Shown one piece after another: positions 24,501 to 39,077 of a DNA stretch of 64,000 bases (its first letter is position 1; each line of letters begins with the position of its first letter). The position numbers and the translations under genes were made by a program. Source of the DNA: Blasia pusilla (lineage: Eukaryota); NCBI GenBank assembly GCA_050084515.1, contig CM114271.1, forward strand, positions 6,572,001 to 6,636,000, in the 5' to 3' direction. A model generated the notes under the pieces. The model did no database searches and was not told the DNA's origin. It saw only the letters and a list, made by a program, of their open reading frames with translations.

Positions 24501-26400
24501 AATACATAAATATATCCATATGTATGGAGTTTCACATGTAAGAGAAGCCTTAGATGGATCTCTCGTGAAACTTAAATTGAAATTTTCAACATACTATATA
24601 CCTTACAAAAAATTATAGGAATCATCAAACTTATTATTTTGCGCTTCTACAAAATTTTTGTGATACTTATCTAAATTTTTGGGACCTAGGTTGTATTAAA
24701 TTTGGTTCCACTAATGATGGAATATGTTATAGCCATCCACAATGCAAGAATGCAGTAAAGAAAAACAAATACTTTCTCAACCAAAAATCACTTCACCACT
24801 TGAGCAAGGAGAATTCAAGTTTTACTTCCTATACTATTTGGGGAGATTGCCTATTTCCTTCAACCGTGGTTTTTTAAGTGTTTCCATTGATACATCCATC
24901 ATTATGATACATAAGAAAATATATTTGATAGATATATATATATATATTAAAGACAAGAATAATAATTAAACATTACTACTACAGACTTATGCAATGCACT
25001 AGTTTAAATTGATTCCTATCATTTTCAAAATTTTGAAGTGGCATTTTAAATCAACTTCTAATGATCGTATTGGCTTAGAATGCCAAGTTTTAGGAGGAGA
25101 AGAAATTGCAAAATGAAGGGAAAATCTCCAATAATAGTATAGATTTTGGTCATGTAAAAGGAAGATAGACGATTCTACACATTTATCTAATGCCTTTGGA
25201 GATGGTTTCTAAACTAATATTTGTATGCGTAGTGTTGCATAACTTTATTATGCAACATTCTATACACAAATTTTAATACAAGACATGAAACTAGTGGTTG
25301 ACAAAATCTCGGAATTATCGAATCATTTCATGGATACTCTGTAGAAAGGAGATGAACGACTTGTGATGAACTACTATGAATAATAATATTCACAAAATTT
25401 TGTGATACACAGGCATACTCGAGTGATGTTTGAAATTGAGATAAGTCATATTTATTGACTTTTCAAGCTCTATGCAAAGAAGTTAAAATATTTTATACAT
25501 TAGCTCAAACTTCTTCTCTTCTTGGTAGGATTTTCTTCGTATTTTTCTCCTTATTTCATTTTTCCACTTTCCTAAACCATCTAGTATGTTTCTTAAAGCC
25601 TTCGGCTCATATGGTAAAATCACTAATGATCTTTGATCGATGTGATTTGCAAGCAATTGCGATTGATCTTCACTCACGTTATATAGATTATAATATTATG
25701 GATGGAAATAACACTCTTCATGCAAATGGAAGAAAATTATGTCATTTTCTTTATTCCAATCAACTTTGGCTTTTTTTTTAAAAAGTTAGGGGAAAATAGG
25801 ACATCACGAATAATATCTATGGGACCATTTTAATGAGAAATTTGTTTTGACATATAGACTAGATATAGATTCATGGGATTTACAACATAGGTATCCTAAA
25901 ATTTGACAAAATTAGAGATCTATTATTCAATGGAAAACATAGTTACAAATTCAACGATCAAGCCCATTGTCAAATCAACAATAGAGTAAGATCATTTAAT
26001 CATTGAAGCCCATCAAGCATTGAAGAATCATAAATGAAATGAAGGTTAAAATTATTTATTAGCAGTATTACCTCAACGAATTTATTTGAAGCGTAGGTCT
26101 TCACATTCATGTCACCTTGCTTACATGTTGCTTCTTGTTGTGCTTCATATGTCCATATGAAATTGTTGGAATGATAAAATAGTGAAAGTTGAACCTAGAT
26201 TCATACTTACATGTTAAAATTGTCTCCTCAAGAAATCCCCAATAACATTCAATCCACCATCTAGGCTAAGCAATTGTGAAATATGGAAGAAGACAAATGC
26301 TTCACAATCTCATTGAATCTATGACAATTGCTCCTTGTTCACCACCTCACACATCATAAATGTCTTCACACTTTGAAATGTGATTAGATCGCCACTGCCC
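21550..26400. mobile_element. Very AT-rich, highly decayed TE-derived sequence (possibly hAT transposase remnants on +)
   Basis: CpG-depleted, no long ORFs, only faint hAT-like fragments. Not reliably classifiable by eye. Confidence 0.2.
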
Positions 26401-28263
26401 ACTTTTGTTCATGGAGGAAAATATCACTAAAATACCAATAAACCTTCATGAACTCTTGCATGTTAGAAACTCTAGAGGACTAATTTGAATTGAGCTAGTT
26501 GCCATGGAGGGCAAACAACATCCCATTGGAGGACTCCCACTCTCCCATACAAAAATTACCCGCATGATAAGTCCACAATGAGTTCCAAATGGATAAAACC
26601 AATGTGCGGTCCTTTCATGGGTTCGCTCAAGCTCTTGGAGATTTTTGGACAACTCTGGAAGCTCAGATAGTGGCTCCTTATAGAGTATGGCTGTAACATT
26701 TTCATCTTCGATAGCGAGAACATAAAATGCAACCAAGTCTTGTATGAAACGGACAAAGGATGCTACGGTGTTATAAAGATTGGAAATGCAAACCTTCCTT
26801 AGGTAATAACCATCCTCCTCTTCACTCGATCGTAACAATTGATCGCTTTTCCTCAAATGAGGGATGTATGCGCCTCTTTTCCATGAGACGTAGTTCTCAT
26901 ATTCGGCCGGAAGCTTAAGGAGCGCTTACGATTCCATTTACCTCTAGAGAGTGAAGTAGGGGCAGTACCAGGTGCGACACTCTGGGGAGGCGAATGAAAC
27001 GCGGATGCGGATCACTTTCTCCAAAATTGTTGATAGAGGATATGTTGGAATTGTCCATGTTGACTGGGCCACAATAAGCCGAACGTACCCGAGTGCCTCC
27101 GCAAAAAGTGAGAAAATAAACGAACCTCCTCCACAAGAAGTAGACCCACCAAAGAGGAAACAACATGCAACCAGCAAAAGAAAACCTGCCTGCAAAATAA
27201 GCCAATGGACACGCCAAAGCTTGGACAAACAGCGCGATGACTCAGCAGCGACTCAACACGACGACTAAAGGAAACACCAGCAGAATGGCCAAAATGCCAA
27301 AATCATACCTGTTATAATCGTTGGAAGCGGCTAGTGTTCCAAATAAACAAATCAGAGATTTTTATTGGCCTTGTAGTGGCGCCCCGCCAAAATTATTCAA
27401 ATGCATTCATAGGCATGCGTCCCGGGCTGGCCTGACAAGATACCATCCCATCTCACATGACATCCCATATGAACTCATCCACGCATTCATGTGCACATGA
27501 ATGCATGGATGATTGATTTGGGCACATGAATGCATTCTCGAATGGATGAGCGCAGGCGGCGCGCGTGGCTTGTAGTCAACCAAGGGATAGCCGCAGATAT
27601 GGCGAACCACCGAGCAAATATGGCACCACGGCGAGTAGATATCGGGCGGCCTAATGACGGTTTTACGAGCTCAGATGGTTGAGCCGGTTGGCCAAGAGGA
27701 GTTCATGTCGAGGATTTGTTATTTAACGCAAGGCGGCATTGAGAGGGGTGGGAGGAGACAAAAATAAATAAACAAGTGTAGAGAATACATGAATAGCCCC
27801 GATGGAAAAAAAACTAGCTCCTCGTTTCGAGGGGTTAGAACCAAACTACCGAGTTAATTGAAAGTTTAAGACGGTCGGGGTAAAAAAAGACACGGGTAGT
27901 AGCAGCCAGTAATGATCGGAGTTGAAAATTTGCCATGCCTTCGTCTCCGCATGGCAGGGAAGTGGGAGCAGCAAACGAACAAACGGGCAACGGTTATGCG
28001 GTGGATCGCGGGCCGGGTTGAACGAAGCGTTGAAGACGCGCGTTGGGCGTGGCGCAGGGGAAGCGGGCATGCAATGCGAAGTGCAGCTCCCGCGTTCTTT
28101 GTCCAAGCCCGGCCGTCCGATGGACGAAGAAAGCGAAGCCAGAGGGGAGCCAAGAACAGACCGAAGACGGGAGGGACAGACTACGGTCGTGGGAGAGGGA
28201 AGAAATCGCTCGAACTGAACGTCGTCACAGGGTCAGTGAAGAAGGAGCACGAACTGCAGAGCC

Positions 28264-31200
28264 ATGGGGCGATCGAGAGGGCCTCTTGCGGCCGCGATAG
28301 ACGAAGATGGCGGGTGGTTCGGGCACCGGTAGGAAGCTTGACTCGTGATGATTTTGAAAATATTCGCTTTTTCGCTGGACGATTGTCGTACGCGTTTAGT
28401 GGATTGGGAATCAAAATATTTGAATGGATGTTTAGGGTTGGGTGAAACTGCCAAATAGTGCTGGGAGGGGATTGGAAATGCTGGTGTCTCGGAAGAGTAG
28501 GGATGGGATTGGGATTGGGATTGGGATAGGTGCGGGATGGAGTGGTGCCGTGGAGAAAGCCAGATTTCTTGTATCATGAGTGTTTAAGAGGAAGCTTTGA
28601 CAGTCAGTTGTGAATTTTGAATTATGAGCATCTTTTTGGAGGGAAATTAGCGTGAGTGTGCATGGCATTCCGATTGGCGATCACTTATCATGGTTCGACT
28701 TTCGGAGCTGAATCCGCCCTCATATTGTCCGGGTTGCAGTGTTAAATGAATAATTGTCTCAGACCAGTCAAACTGACGTAAGTTTTAAGAAATTCGGGAA
28801 TGCGAGTGACGCGATGCATTTTGAAATGCGGTGCTTTCAAGGTAATAAACAGAATTGTTACGGATTAGACCATCGAGGACAATTATAAACGAGGAAAGAT
28901 AATCTGAAGAATCGTTATATTATCTGGTGAAGTACTGCCGTAAATGGTGGATTGTTGCAGACCTCATTAAATCTTATGGAGACCTTCTCTTTTAATTGCT
29001 TCCCTGACATGCCTCGGACTCTACAATTGTATTTTGCGACTGTCAAAATTTGACCTGTGTTTTGCTCTCCAAGGGGCCCAATAGACATCAGAGACTAAGA
29101 ATTCCTCCGAAAGGAAACTTATCCTGGAACATTATGATTCGAAACCTTAAAACATCTACTGTCAGCTACTCCTTCTGTTGTTCCTTTGACGTAGGTCTCT
29201 ACCAGCGTGAAAAATATCCCTCTGTTCTTATTAAATCCATTCAGATCTACTCATCAGAGTTTTTTTGGATTTCCACATTCCACCAGGTTTTATATTATTT
29301 TGATGGCAAGAAGAGTTTTGATCATGTCCACTTCAGTCAGAAATATCAACGGTGTACAAACGATTCCTGGCCACACCTAAATTATAGTTTCCCAGTCTCG
29401 TCGTTTTAACATGATTTACGAACGGCCTCCCCATGGCGAGTTTCTTCTCTCTCCTTTAGCAGTTGTATGCAAAGTTTCTAATTGTTTAGTTTATATTTCC
29501 TCGGAGGTCCTAGGTAATCTGTAGGGTTAATCACTTAGCTGACTGCACAAGGGTGTGGACTAGATTGAATGTTATTTGCAATCAAGTATCTTGAGTTGGC
29601 AGTTCGTGTTCCCTGATGGTTGTAATGCTTAATAAATGCAGTTTACTTCAACTGCACAACTGTCCTTCTTTACTCCTTAAAGTAAGAAGATAAACTAAGG
29701 AATGGACTTGTATGAAAGTCATCTCCTCCATGCCATACATTTTGACTTGAAAATTATCTCCAAGCCATTGAGAAGTCCAGGTCACGTCGGCCTGTGTAAA
29801 AGTTAGGTGTCCTGCTCTACAGTATCTTGGATGAAAATTTGTGATAACTTTTCTCAATGCTCAAGATTTTCAGTGTGTTGCAGTAAGCTCCATTCACATA
29901 GTAGTCACAAGTTTGTACTGGTGAGTCAAAGGTATATCTCACTCTCTCATTGAACAGGAGTGCGACTCATAAGTCTAATGGAGCCTCAGGTACCCTCATC
30001 TATAAGAAGTAACTCAAGCTGTATAGATTGTCACTCAAGTCAGTTATCAACGTCCAGATCTAAGCACTCGAGGGTACTCTAAACTGCACTAAGATTATTT
30101 TAGAAACTGTAATGGAGGAACACAGAATTCTAACCACAATGTCACCCAATCTCTAGATGTATTCCATGGCTCGAAGGCTGTGGAGTTGTATCTCTAGGTG
30201 GTCTGATCATTCATAGGGTTAGGTTGGCCAGTTGAGGTCATAATGGTTGGCATTTATGCAACTCGACAAATCGGTGCATCTCATTTCCGGATCTTCCCAT
30301 GAAGGGTTCCTTCTGCATCCTGGAAATGTCTGTGCCTTTGTGCGAAAAGCCTTCCCATCCAGGAAGCTAATGAACTTGTTCACCTCAGCCTGAACGTTAC
30401 ACCTTTGAGAATGTTGCTCTAATGGAATGTAACATTTGCTGTATGCATGAACGGTAAGCCGAGTGCGGCAGAAGTTAGACAAGCAAGAGCAAGCTTGCAA
30501 CCTAGCTAGGTGGCATTGCTAGCAGTTATGAAGCGGTCTGCTTGTTAAGGCGCAGAGTTGAGATATTTTAAGTTTATTTCCTACAACATTTTGGGTTGCA
30601 CTAAAAAGAGTTCTCAAGAAAGACAGTTATTTGGAATCCTGTGCAAAGTGAGTTTATTCTGATGTTGTTGCGCTAGATGAGCCCTATGTCTTGACTAATC
30701 TTATGCCTAACACAGGTTCAAAACAGATCCTCCAACTCAGTGTTTTGATATATTTTGCTACAACATGTACTTTTGTTGCCCCGTGGAATCGTTTCATGTT
30801 TCCCCTTCTGAAATCTGCCTTACTAGTCCTTATCCTTGACCTGCTGTACTGTTGGTGACATACAGGTCCAAGCGAAGACGGCTTGTGTTGGGTGGAGATA
30901 ATCTGGATCCTGGATCAGCTGGTGAGTGGAGCGATTACGAAATGATTTTCTGTGTACTTCTAAGAATGTTTGTTTCTGCTCTAGAAATTAACAAGAATAT
31001 TGTCTACTTCGAGGGATAATCATAACAGCAGTTATCTCGTACATTTAGTTTCCCTACTCCAGGACAAACTATATCCTTTTTATGTGCTCACCATCCTCAG
31101 TAATCATGTATCCTGGCTTGATCTAGATTATCCCATTGATAAGTGAATTTTCTGAAGCGCCAATCTTATGTCGAGGATACTTGTATGGGATTGCCGGAAT

Positions 31201-34200
31201 CATTGAATTGATACAAATGAACTTTGATCTAATGGTTATAAAGAGTTTCATTGATAACTAGGCAACCTCAAGCATTCATTTTTAAGTCATACTTGGCAAG
31301 TTCCTGGGACAAAAATAGGCAACCATGCAATTAGTGACGAAAATATTTGAGGAGAATGTGAATGTTATTTCTATGAAGATCACCATAATCACCATAAGAT
31401 ATAAATTAGTAATCCTCTTTTGAGGAAGCCTTAGCAGAAGAAAGAAACACAATTTCAGGGAACCGCTCCATTTAATTCCACTCAGATATCAGTAATTTCA
31501 TTATATGGTAGAGTAATTGGGGTAATATTGAGCTGCCAGTGCAACTAGATAGGATGAGGATGGGTGTTCATGCTGAGGGGAAAGCAAGCTAGAGTATATT
31601 TTTAAAACAATCATGAAGGAAACCAGATGGGCTGACTCTCATCCAATTGCAGGTGACGCGAAACGGGCCCCTTTGTACCATTGCAACTACTGTAACAAAG
31701 ACATCTCAGGAACCATTCGTATCAAGTGTGCAAAATGTCCTGACTTTGACCTTTGTGTGGAATGTTTCTCCGTTGGTGTGGAGACATATCCTCACAAGTG
31801 CAATCACCCTTATCGGGTTATGGTGAGCGCACGTTCATCTGCCTAAGGAATGCTAGATCCACACGCTGGGTAGAATTGTTTGTTGTTGGATGCAAACTAT
31901 TCTACATTTTCCTATTCTTAGTGGAGTTCAAACTAATTATTATGAGCACATATCATAGTTTATGATGCCGTCTTGGCCTCTGTAAAAATTCAAAACTTTA
32001 AAGTCAGAGTGAGAGGGTGTGGGTCACCGATTATTTTCTCGTGAAGATAAGAACAGCATAAGATCTGGTCCGAGCTTCACTTTAATGGTTTTAGAACTTA
32101 ATTGTATTTGTGTGCAACAACCTCTGTTGCCTCTGGAGTAATATACTTGGCCTTCTAGTCTTCCTTTCCTTACTCCGAACTAATGAAACCTGAATGAAAA
32201 AACTTGGTATGCTTATCCAAACCTGTAACTTATGACATTGTCACAGGCAGATCTTTAGTTAACATGAGCTGGCCTTTTGGGAAATCCTCCTTGCTTTGAT
32301 GAACAGTGCTAGTTGGTTCACTTTAATCGAATGGATTTGAACAGAGGGATCCTTGCTTAAGTTTGAGTTATCATGCAGATACAACCTCTCTGGTGGGCAA
32401 GACTAACCAAGTAGTGGTAGGCATGTCCAAATCTAGACAGACTAAGGACTGATTTAAACACAGAATTCTTTGTCAATTATGTGGATGCTGGTCAGTCAGT
32501 CTGGTAACTTGTTGTCTGGATGATCTCAGGATAACTTGGCTTTCCCACTCATAGATCCTGACTGGAATGCAGATGAGGAAATATTGCTACTTGAGGTATG
32601 GAGCTTTCAGCTAAATTTAACATTTTGAGTCTGAAATGCCTGGTGTTTGTATTCTCACCTAGTAAAAATTATGTCATACCCCACGAAGAAAAGTTTCTTT
32701 CAAGATAAACATTGACCTATTAATGTGGAATGGACCATCTAGGGAGTTGAGATGTATGGAGTGGGCAACTGGGGAGCAGTTGCGGAGCACGTTGGAACTA
32801 AGAACAAAGTCCAATGCTATGACCATTACATGACAGCTTATATGAATTCTCCTTTTTCTCCTCTTCCGGTAAATATTTTCTGGAACTGTAATATATTTAA
32901 GGGCAGTTTAGTTGATATAGATTCTCTGGAAATGTTTTGTAGCAGAAATTACTTGGTGTAACTAATCAGTACTAAGAACTCCTCTTTCATCCAGAACCCA
33001 AATCCCATCCATAGAAAAGCTACTTCAATACTTTGTTGCAATCAAAAGTGTCATCTCCACATCCTGTTTTTTTCAGAATGGTATTTAAGCCAAAGATTAA
33101 CCATTAAGTCTCAACTATGTCCAGACTCATAGCAAGGAATTCTTTGTCCTGAGTGCGTTTTCACACTGCGTATATTGTTACTGAAGAGGAAAACATGTAA
33201 ATGGTTCTGGTGGTCTCTCTGTAATCTCACATGTGATGCCTTCTGCAGGATATGACACATGTCATGGGGAAATCCAAAGCAGAGCTTCTTGCCATTGCCA
33301 GAATGCACATAGAAGCAAAGAAAAGTAAGTTACCCTGTGCTTGCAACTAATGAAGCAGCATGCTGTCATGACTTCAGGAATAGAGTGACCATGTCTATCA
33401 TCCAAAAAGATCCTATCTGGCTGTGCTGCTTTGCCTGTTACTCAGTATATCATAAAATTATTTGCATTAGCGTCTTTCTTGGAAAGTTCTCCCTGCATGC
33501 TTTGTGCGCGATCTCACACTAGAGTTTGTTTTCATATTACCATATCTATACTAAGCTAAGGGGAAAATGGAAAAAGAGATGATAAAGGTTTAGTTATTAA
33601 TACAACAATTTTTTATCTTACAATTATTTTTAGATTTGAAAATTCTTCCCGAGTCTCCCTCCTATTAATCTCTTGTTCCCATATTCTAAAAAAGATTTTT
33701 TTAATGTGGAAATTTGTGGAATTTTCAAGCTTGGTTTAGAGAAATTTGAACTAGATTTAGAAAAAAAATTAAAATTTTGGGTCAAAACAAATGATTTCCA
33801 CAATGGTTAGAGGTAATAAGGTTTTATCTTTAAAATAAAGGATTTCAAGTGACGTTTTTCATGGTCAGAAAAATGTCACTTGAAATCCTTGAAGTTGACA
33901 TACACTGTAGTGTATGTCAACTTCTTGCGTATTAAATTCCAAATTTGCGACATGTTTCCAAAGGTTTCAGATTTTAGTTGTCCATTTGCTGGGCTTGCAT
34001 CCAACATAAAAAAAAATCGAGTGAAATTTTCAGCCAAATATATCTAACCACGAAAGTTTTCATTTCATACTTCCATGGCCAAAAATATTGTATCAAAAAT
34101 AGGAACCAAATTTTTTTCCCCATTGTTAATTGGAAATTCATTTGGTCCTTCAGTATCGTTTTTCACTTCCATCCATCCAACCCCAGTGCATCTCACGGGC

Positions 34201-37200
34201 TCCAAATCACCAGTGGCTAAATTTTTTTCTTGGCTCTGTATTTACAACTTTGGCCCTTGGGTTGAATAAGAATGAATCTTGTGGATGTACTGTACAGATT
34301 CATCAGTGGTGGGAGAATCCCTGAGGCCAGTGAAACAAGAGCCTTCAATATCTCCTTCAAGAATCAAGTAAGTCTACTTGACATCTTCCACCTTTATTTT
34401 CAAGCAACTGCTCCTGATCTTACTGGTCAAATTTCTGCCCTCTTCTCACTCTTTTACTTTCCAGTTGTACTTAGAGATAATCTTCACGCTACTTGTGAAT
34501 TTGCTAAGTCTGAGTTTTCTGGTTTTATATCTTGTTTGGTTTAAGTTAAAGTTGGTAGAAAAATGTCTTTCCTACAAGCAGTTGAGAGCTGTAATTGTAG
34601 AGTCCAAGGAAACACTAGTACAGGTCCCTGCATTCCTCCCAGCTCATATTGCATCAAGTCCTTTGGGTACAATACCATGAAAATGGTCTTGTCAAGGTGA
34701 GTGGTGCTGGTCATGTTATTGCTGTTTTGCTTTCAAATTTTTATCCTTGTGGTTTATAAATCGGTAATGTGCCTTATTTGCTTACTATACTTTCTTTTAC
34801 GATGTCTGAAATGAAGAACTGAGGATGTTAAGGAGTTGGCTGAACGAAGGTCACCATCAGGCCTCTCTCTAGGTTTGTTTCCAAGACTAAGGTTTAATGT
34901 GGGTTCTGTAGACAACTGCTGCTTGAGGTTAAGCTTGTATTTCAGGGTTTAAAGTTTTCAGGGACAACCACGTCTTACTAGTGTTATGTCCTACTGGCAT
35001 TAAAGCTCTTGGTTTTGACTTATTTTGTGAGGGGTGTGAGAACGTTTTTTGTGAGATGCTCTTCAATACGAAGAGCCTGCATATTGCCAAACATTGCCTT
35101 GAAGCTATGTTTGCTTTCTCCACTAGACCATGAAAGACGATTCCCTTGGAAGTATCCATATGTGTTCAGAGAATATCTCTCTACCTGAATTCTGGCAGAA
35201 CCTGTGTTCAATCCCCTCAACATTGTTTGTTGACCTGAACAGCTTGAAAACCCAATTTTAATGGATGTGGCTGTGCCTGTGGCTGTGGGAGTAAATTTGC
35301 TTGTGAGCCCTGACACCTAAACCTTGCATTTCAACAGGGAACAAGGATGGCAAGCCGGAAGGAGACCAAGGGGAAGGAAATTCCGGTGCCCCCATGTCTA
35401 CAGCGAAAAAGACTGCCGCAGGTGGTCTAGTGAAAGAGATTCCTGATGGTACAGGCATTGTTACTGCTGAAGGTAGGTTCTCTTCTGCCTCTAAAATCAA
35501 AAGCAGAGTCTAACCGCTTCAGGTTACACTTCTTGAACTTCAAGGGTAATCTTTTTTGAATTACAACAAGACTGTTATCTAGATGCCTGTGTAGTGACTG
35601 ACCTTCATTCAACTTGTTTCTTCATCGATGATTGGCCTTGACCTAATTTTAAATCTGAACTACATTTACCTGGTAGGTCCTGCAAACAATACCTGTCTCT
35701 CTCGTCCTCTCTTGTTTTGTTAGATTTTTTCAGTATCCTTTTAGCTAACTTGAACTGGTGTCATCAAGTTCTCTGACCTGTCAGTGTACCCCTTTATTCC
35801 CCTTTTTTTTCTTCTTTCTTTCCTTTCAGACCTAGAGATACAATGTGAAGAGGTCCCAAAATTAGAGAGGAGAGATATTCCCCAATGTGTGTTGGATGCA
35901 CTAGACTACTAGAGTACCACATTATGACTTGTTCCATGAAACTTCCTTAACTATAAGAGTAGGGTCACTTGGAAAGTGTAAGGTTGCCCAAATTTTATGT
36001 AGACCTTATGTCATCCTATGGTCTGAATTTTTTTAATAAATGATAACATGGGTATAAAGTGGGTAGCATTCAGGGTCCTACTGTGCTAAATTACCAATAA
36101 TTGAGGAAGTCAGTCTGGATTCGAGAAATAGACTCTTTTCACAGCTGTTTAACTAATTCCAGAAGTAGTTAATAAAATCTATTTGAGGCAGTCCCCATAG
36201 GACTGTGCTGCAAGTGCTTTGGTGAGGGCACAACAGCAGAGCCAGCCATGAACACACTTCACCGACAAGCTAGTCCTCACCACTCATCCATCTTATTGGA
36301 AGGATTTCCAACAAGTCATCTTTGAGCCTCTAGATCACTTTCTAGATATGTGATTGCTAGAGCTGAAGGTTTTATTTACAGAACTGAGTGCATCTTTAAA
36401 AAGCCATGAAAATCTCCCTTTTATCTCACCATATATTTGGTTGAGGAAGACCATTTAAGTTCGATCTTTTCCACATGCCAACAAGTTTTCTCCTGGAAAT
36501 TGTAGAAATCAGCTTAACCGATACAGTATTGTGTTGTTCATCGAGAGGAGAACCTAGCAGTCATTTTTCTAGGCTGTTTCTGGTATCTATAACCACCATA
36601 GACCTGTCTTTGTATGATCTGGCTAGTCGAAGTCCTGAAAGCATGAAGCCGTAAGATTTTTACTGCCATGGCTCTTGTGGATCTTGGTGGACTTCAAATT
36701 AGTTCATTTATTCTTCGCTAAATTGCAAAATTTTGCAGACATCTATGCTTCTATAAGTGCACAATCTTAAAGTATTTCCAAGGTGATCCGAAATTTCTTT
36801 TGCTAAGAGTGACTTCCCATCTGTACCGTCTTTGCAGAAGGTCACAGTAATCGTAGCATTGGCGGAAAGAAGCCAAAGCCCCTGGCTGAAGAGAACAAGG
36901 CAGGCACTGCCGCTACAGAACAGACAGGTTACAACCCAAAGAGACAAGAGTTTGATCCAGAGTATGACAATGATGCAGAGCTCCTTCTGGCGGATATGGA
37001 GTTCAAAGATAATGATACTGAAACTGACCGTGAGCTAAAACTCCGAATGCTGCACATATACCTTTCAAGGTAAGACAGACATGATTTGTGGTGACTTTCA
37101 TTTTTCCAGGGATTGAAAGAGAAGAAGCAGATGGTTTGACTAGTCCATCACCTATAACTCTTCTGAACTTCCAATACTATATGGCATTCCACACCATTAT

Positions 37201-38652
37201 CCTAATCAGTGAAACGTACTATATGGGTCAAAGTAATTTAGTTAAGATAATCCATGACTTGTGGCTGTATTGTCAGACTCGATGAAAGAAAGCGGCGGAG
37301 GGATTTCATTATCGATAGGGGGCTATTGAATCTGAAGAAACAGCAAGCATTGGATAGAAAGAGAACAAAGGAAGAAAGAGAACTTTGTCAGCACTTTCGT
37401 GTTTTTTTGCGCTACCATTCCAATGAGGAGCATGAGGCCCTCCTGATGGGTTTGTTCAAAGAGCGCAGATTGCGACAGCGAATTGAAGAACTACAGGTTT
37501 GAAGCTCAACAAATGCTTGAAAGATTTAAGGGTTGTTGAGTTCTCCTCCATGATCCAAGCTGTCCTTTTTGGTAGTGCCCTACTTTGAGGCTTGCTCCAA
37601 CCCCAGAGGAATCAAATTTGCATGGTTTTGTAGTTCAAACCAGATCCCTGTCATTACTTGTCCCTGTCATTCATGATCTGCTCTCCACTTGGAATTGAAA
37701 TGCCATTGTGTGTGCACTCTTGACAAGAGAAATTGTTAGAACTGAAATTTAACCAGTTTTTGCTTGGTTTGAAGGTAGTATGATGTGGGTTTGTTCATTT
37801 CATGAGTTGTCTGTGTAATAACTGTAAAGTTTTCTTTGTCTCCAAAATGATTCTGCAGCCGCAGTAAAGCCCTCTTGTTCTCTGCCATAATTTTAATGTG
37901 CGAAAAATCTGAGAACTATATTCCATCGTCGTATGAGAGGGAGGTCCAATACACAAGTCTGACATTTGGACGGTTTGCAGGAATTGCGCTCTGCAGGATG
38001 CCGATCACACCTAGAAGGAGATTTATACTTCATAGAGAAAAGGAAGAAGGAGACGGAGGCCAATATTAAGAAGGCAAGAGAAAGTACCACTTTTCTCCAG
38101 GGTGGCAAAGTAACACATCGATCCAACCGTTACATGAAAAGGGAAATGGGGGATGGGGAGCCCAGTTCATCTGGAGATGTGAGAAGTAATCAGAAACCTC
38201 GTACCAGTGGTCATCATATCATGAGCGGGGGCTCTGTTCTAACTAGTGTAAGTAGTAAGGGTGTGAAGAAAAGTGGCGTTCTTTCAGATATGGCAGGTTA
38301 TCCTGGGATGGAGAGTTTATCTATGACTGTGAGTTTCCCTCCACCTTCAATCTATCTTCTTTCCACTTTAAAACTTCATTCAGAGACTCGTTTTTTTCTT
38401 CATGATACTTAAATTTTGATGGGCTTGTCGCGATTACAGGAGAAGGAGCTGTGCTTGCAGTGTAGACTACAACCTAATCACTATCTCAAAATGAAAGAGG
38501 TGCTCATGTTGGAGAGTCTAAAAAAAGGACAAGTCAAAAGATCTGATGCGTACGACATGTTTAAGGTGGAACCCATCAAAACTGACAGGGTGTACGAATT
38601 GCTGAAAGGCATGGGATGGATCCAAGGCGAGGGCGCTTCAGTCGACAGGTAA
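28264..38652 (+). CDS. ADA2: Transcriptional adaptor ADA2 (SAGA/GCN5 HAT module; ZZ zinc finger, SANT, ADA boxes, SWIRM)
   Basis: 13 GT-AG exons: 28264-28328, 30866-30921, 31653-31822, 32530-32595, 32743-32868, 33249-33324, 34298-34367, 34817-34872, 35338-35472, 36838-37069, 37277-37496, 37981-38328, 38440-38652. Motifs: MGRSRG...[38 protein letters not shown] (ZZ); [22 protein letters not shown] (SANT); [23 protein letters not shown]...HYLKMKE...[12 protein letters not shown] (SWIRM). Confidence 0.97.
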
Positions 38653-39077
38653 AGATGACAGACGTTCAATTTTTTTCCCCTAGTACTTTTTCAGATTGTT
38701 TTGCATCGGGAACAATTTGAGATTTTGAAAGTGAATTGATTTTAAGAAATATTTTGGTTTTCTTCATGCACCTAATCCAACTGAAATTGCACCGGAATTG
38801 ATTTGGAAATGTTTTGAATTTTTGCAGCAAATCGTATATTTGAAAAGAACGATGCGACGATGCGGTGTATTTTAATTCATTTATTTCCTTCCATTTTCTC
38901 GGTTATCTGGTCAAGCCGATGTAGTGGTTAGGACCCAACATATCATTTGTACATACATTTCAATAAAATAATTCAAAATCTCTTTATATCCGGAAAGGTC
39001 CAGATGGCATAGTTCAAAGTCTCTTTATATCCGGAAAGGTCCAAAAAGCATTTAAGGTTATATATGATGTGACATGG

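Noticed and set aside
26446-27230. Minus-strand ORFs of 136 and 100 aa
   Set aside because: Stop-interrupted with no identifiable domain; possibly a decayed TE gene but not supportable.
27912-28445. 177-aa Arg-rich ORF and overlapping ORFs
   Set aside because: Overlaps the GC-rich promoter/5' UTR and exon 1 of ADA2 in a different frame; low complexity, no motif.
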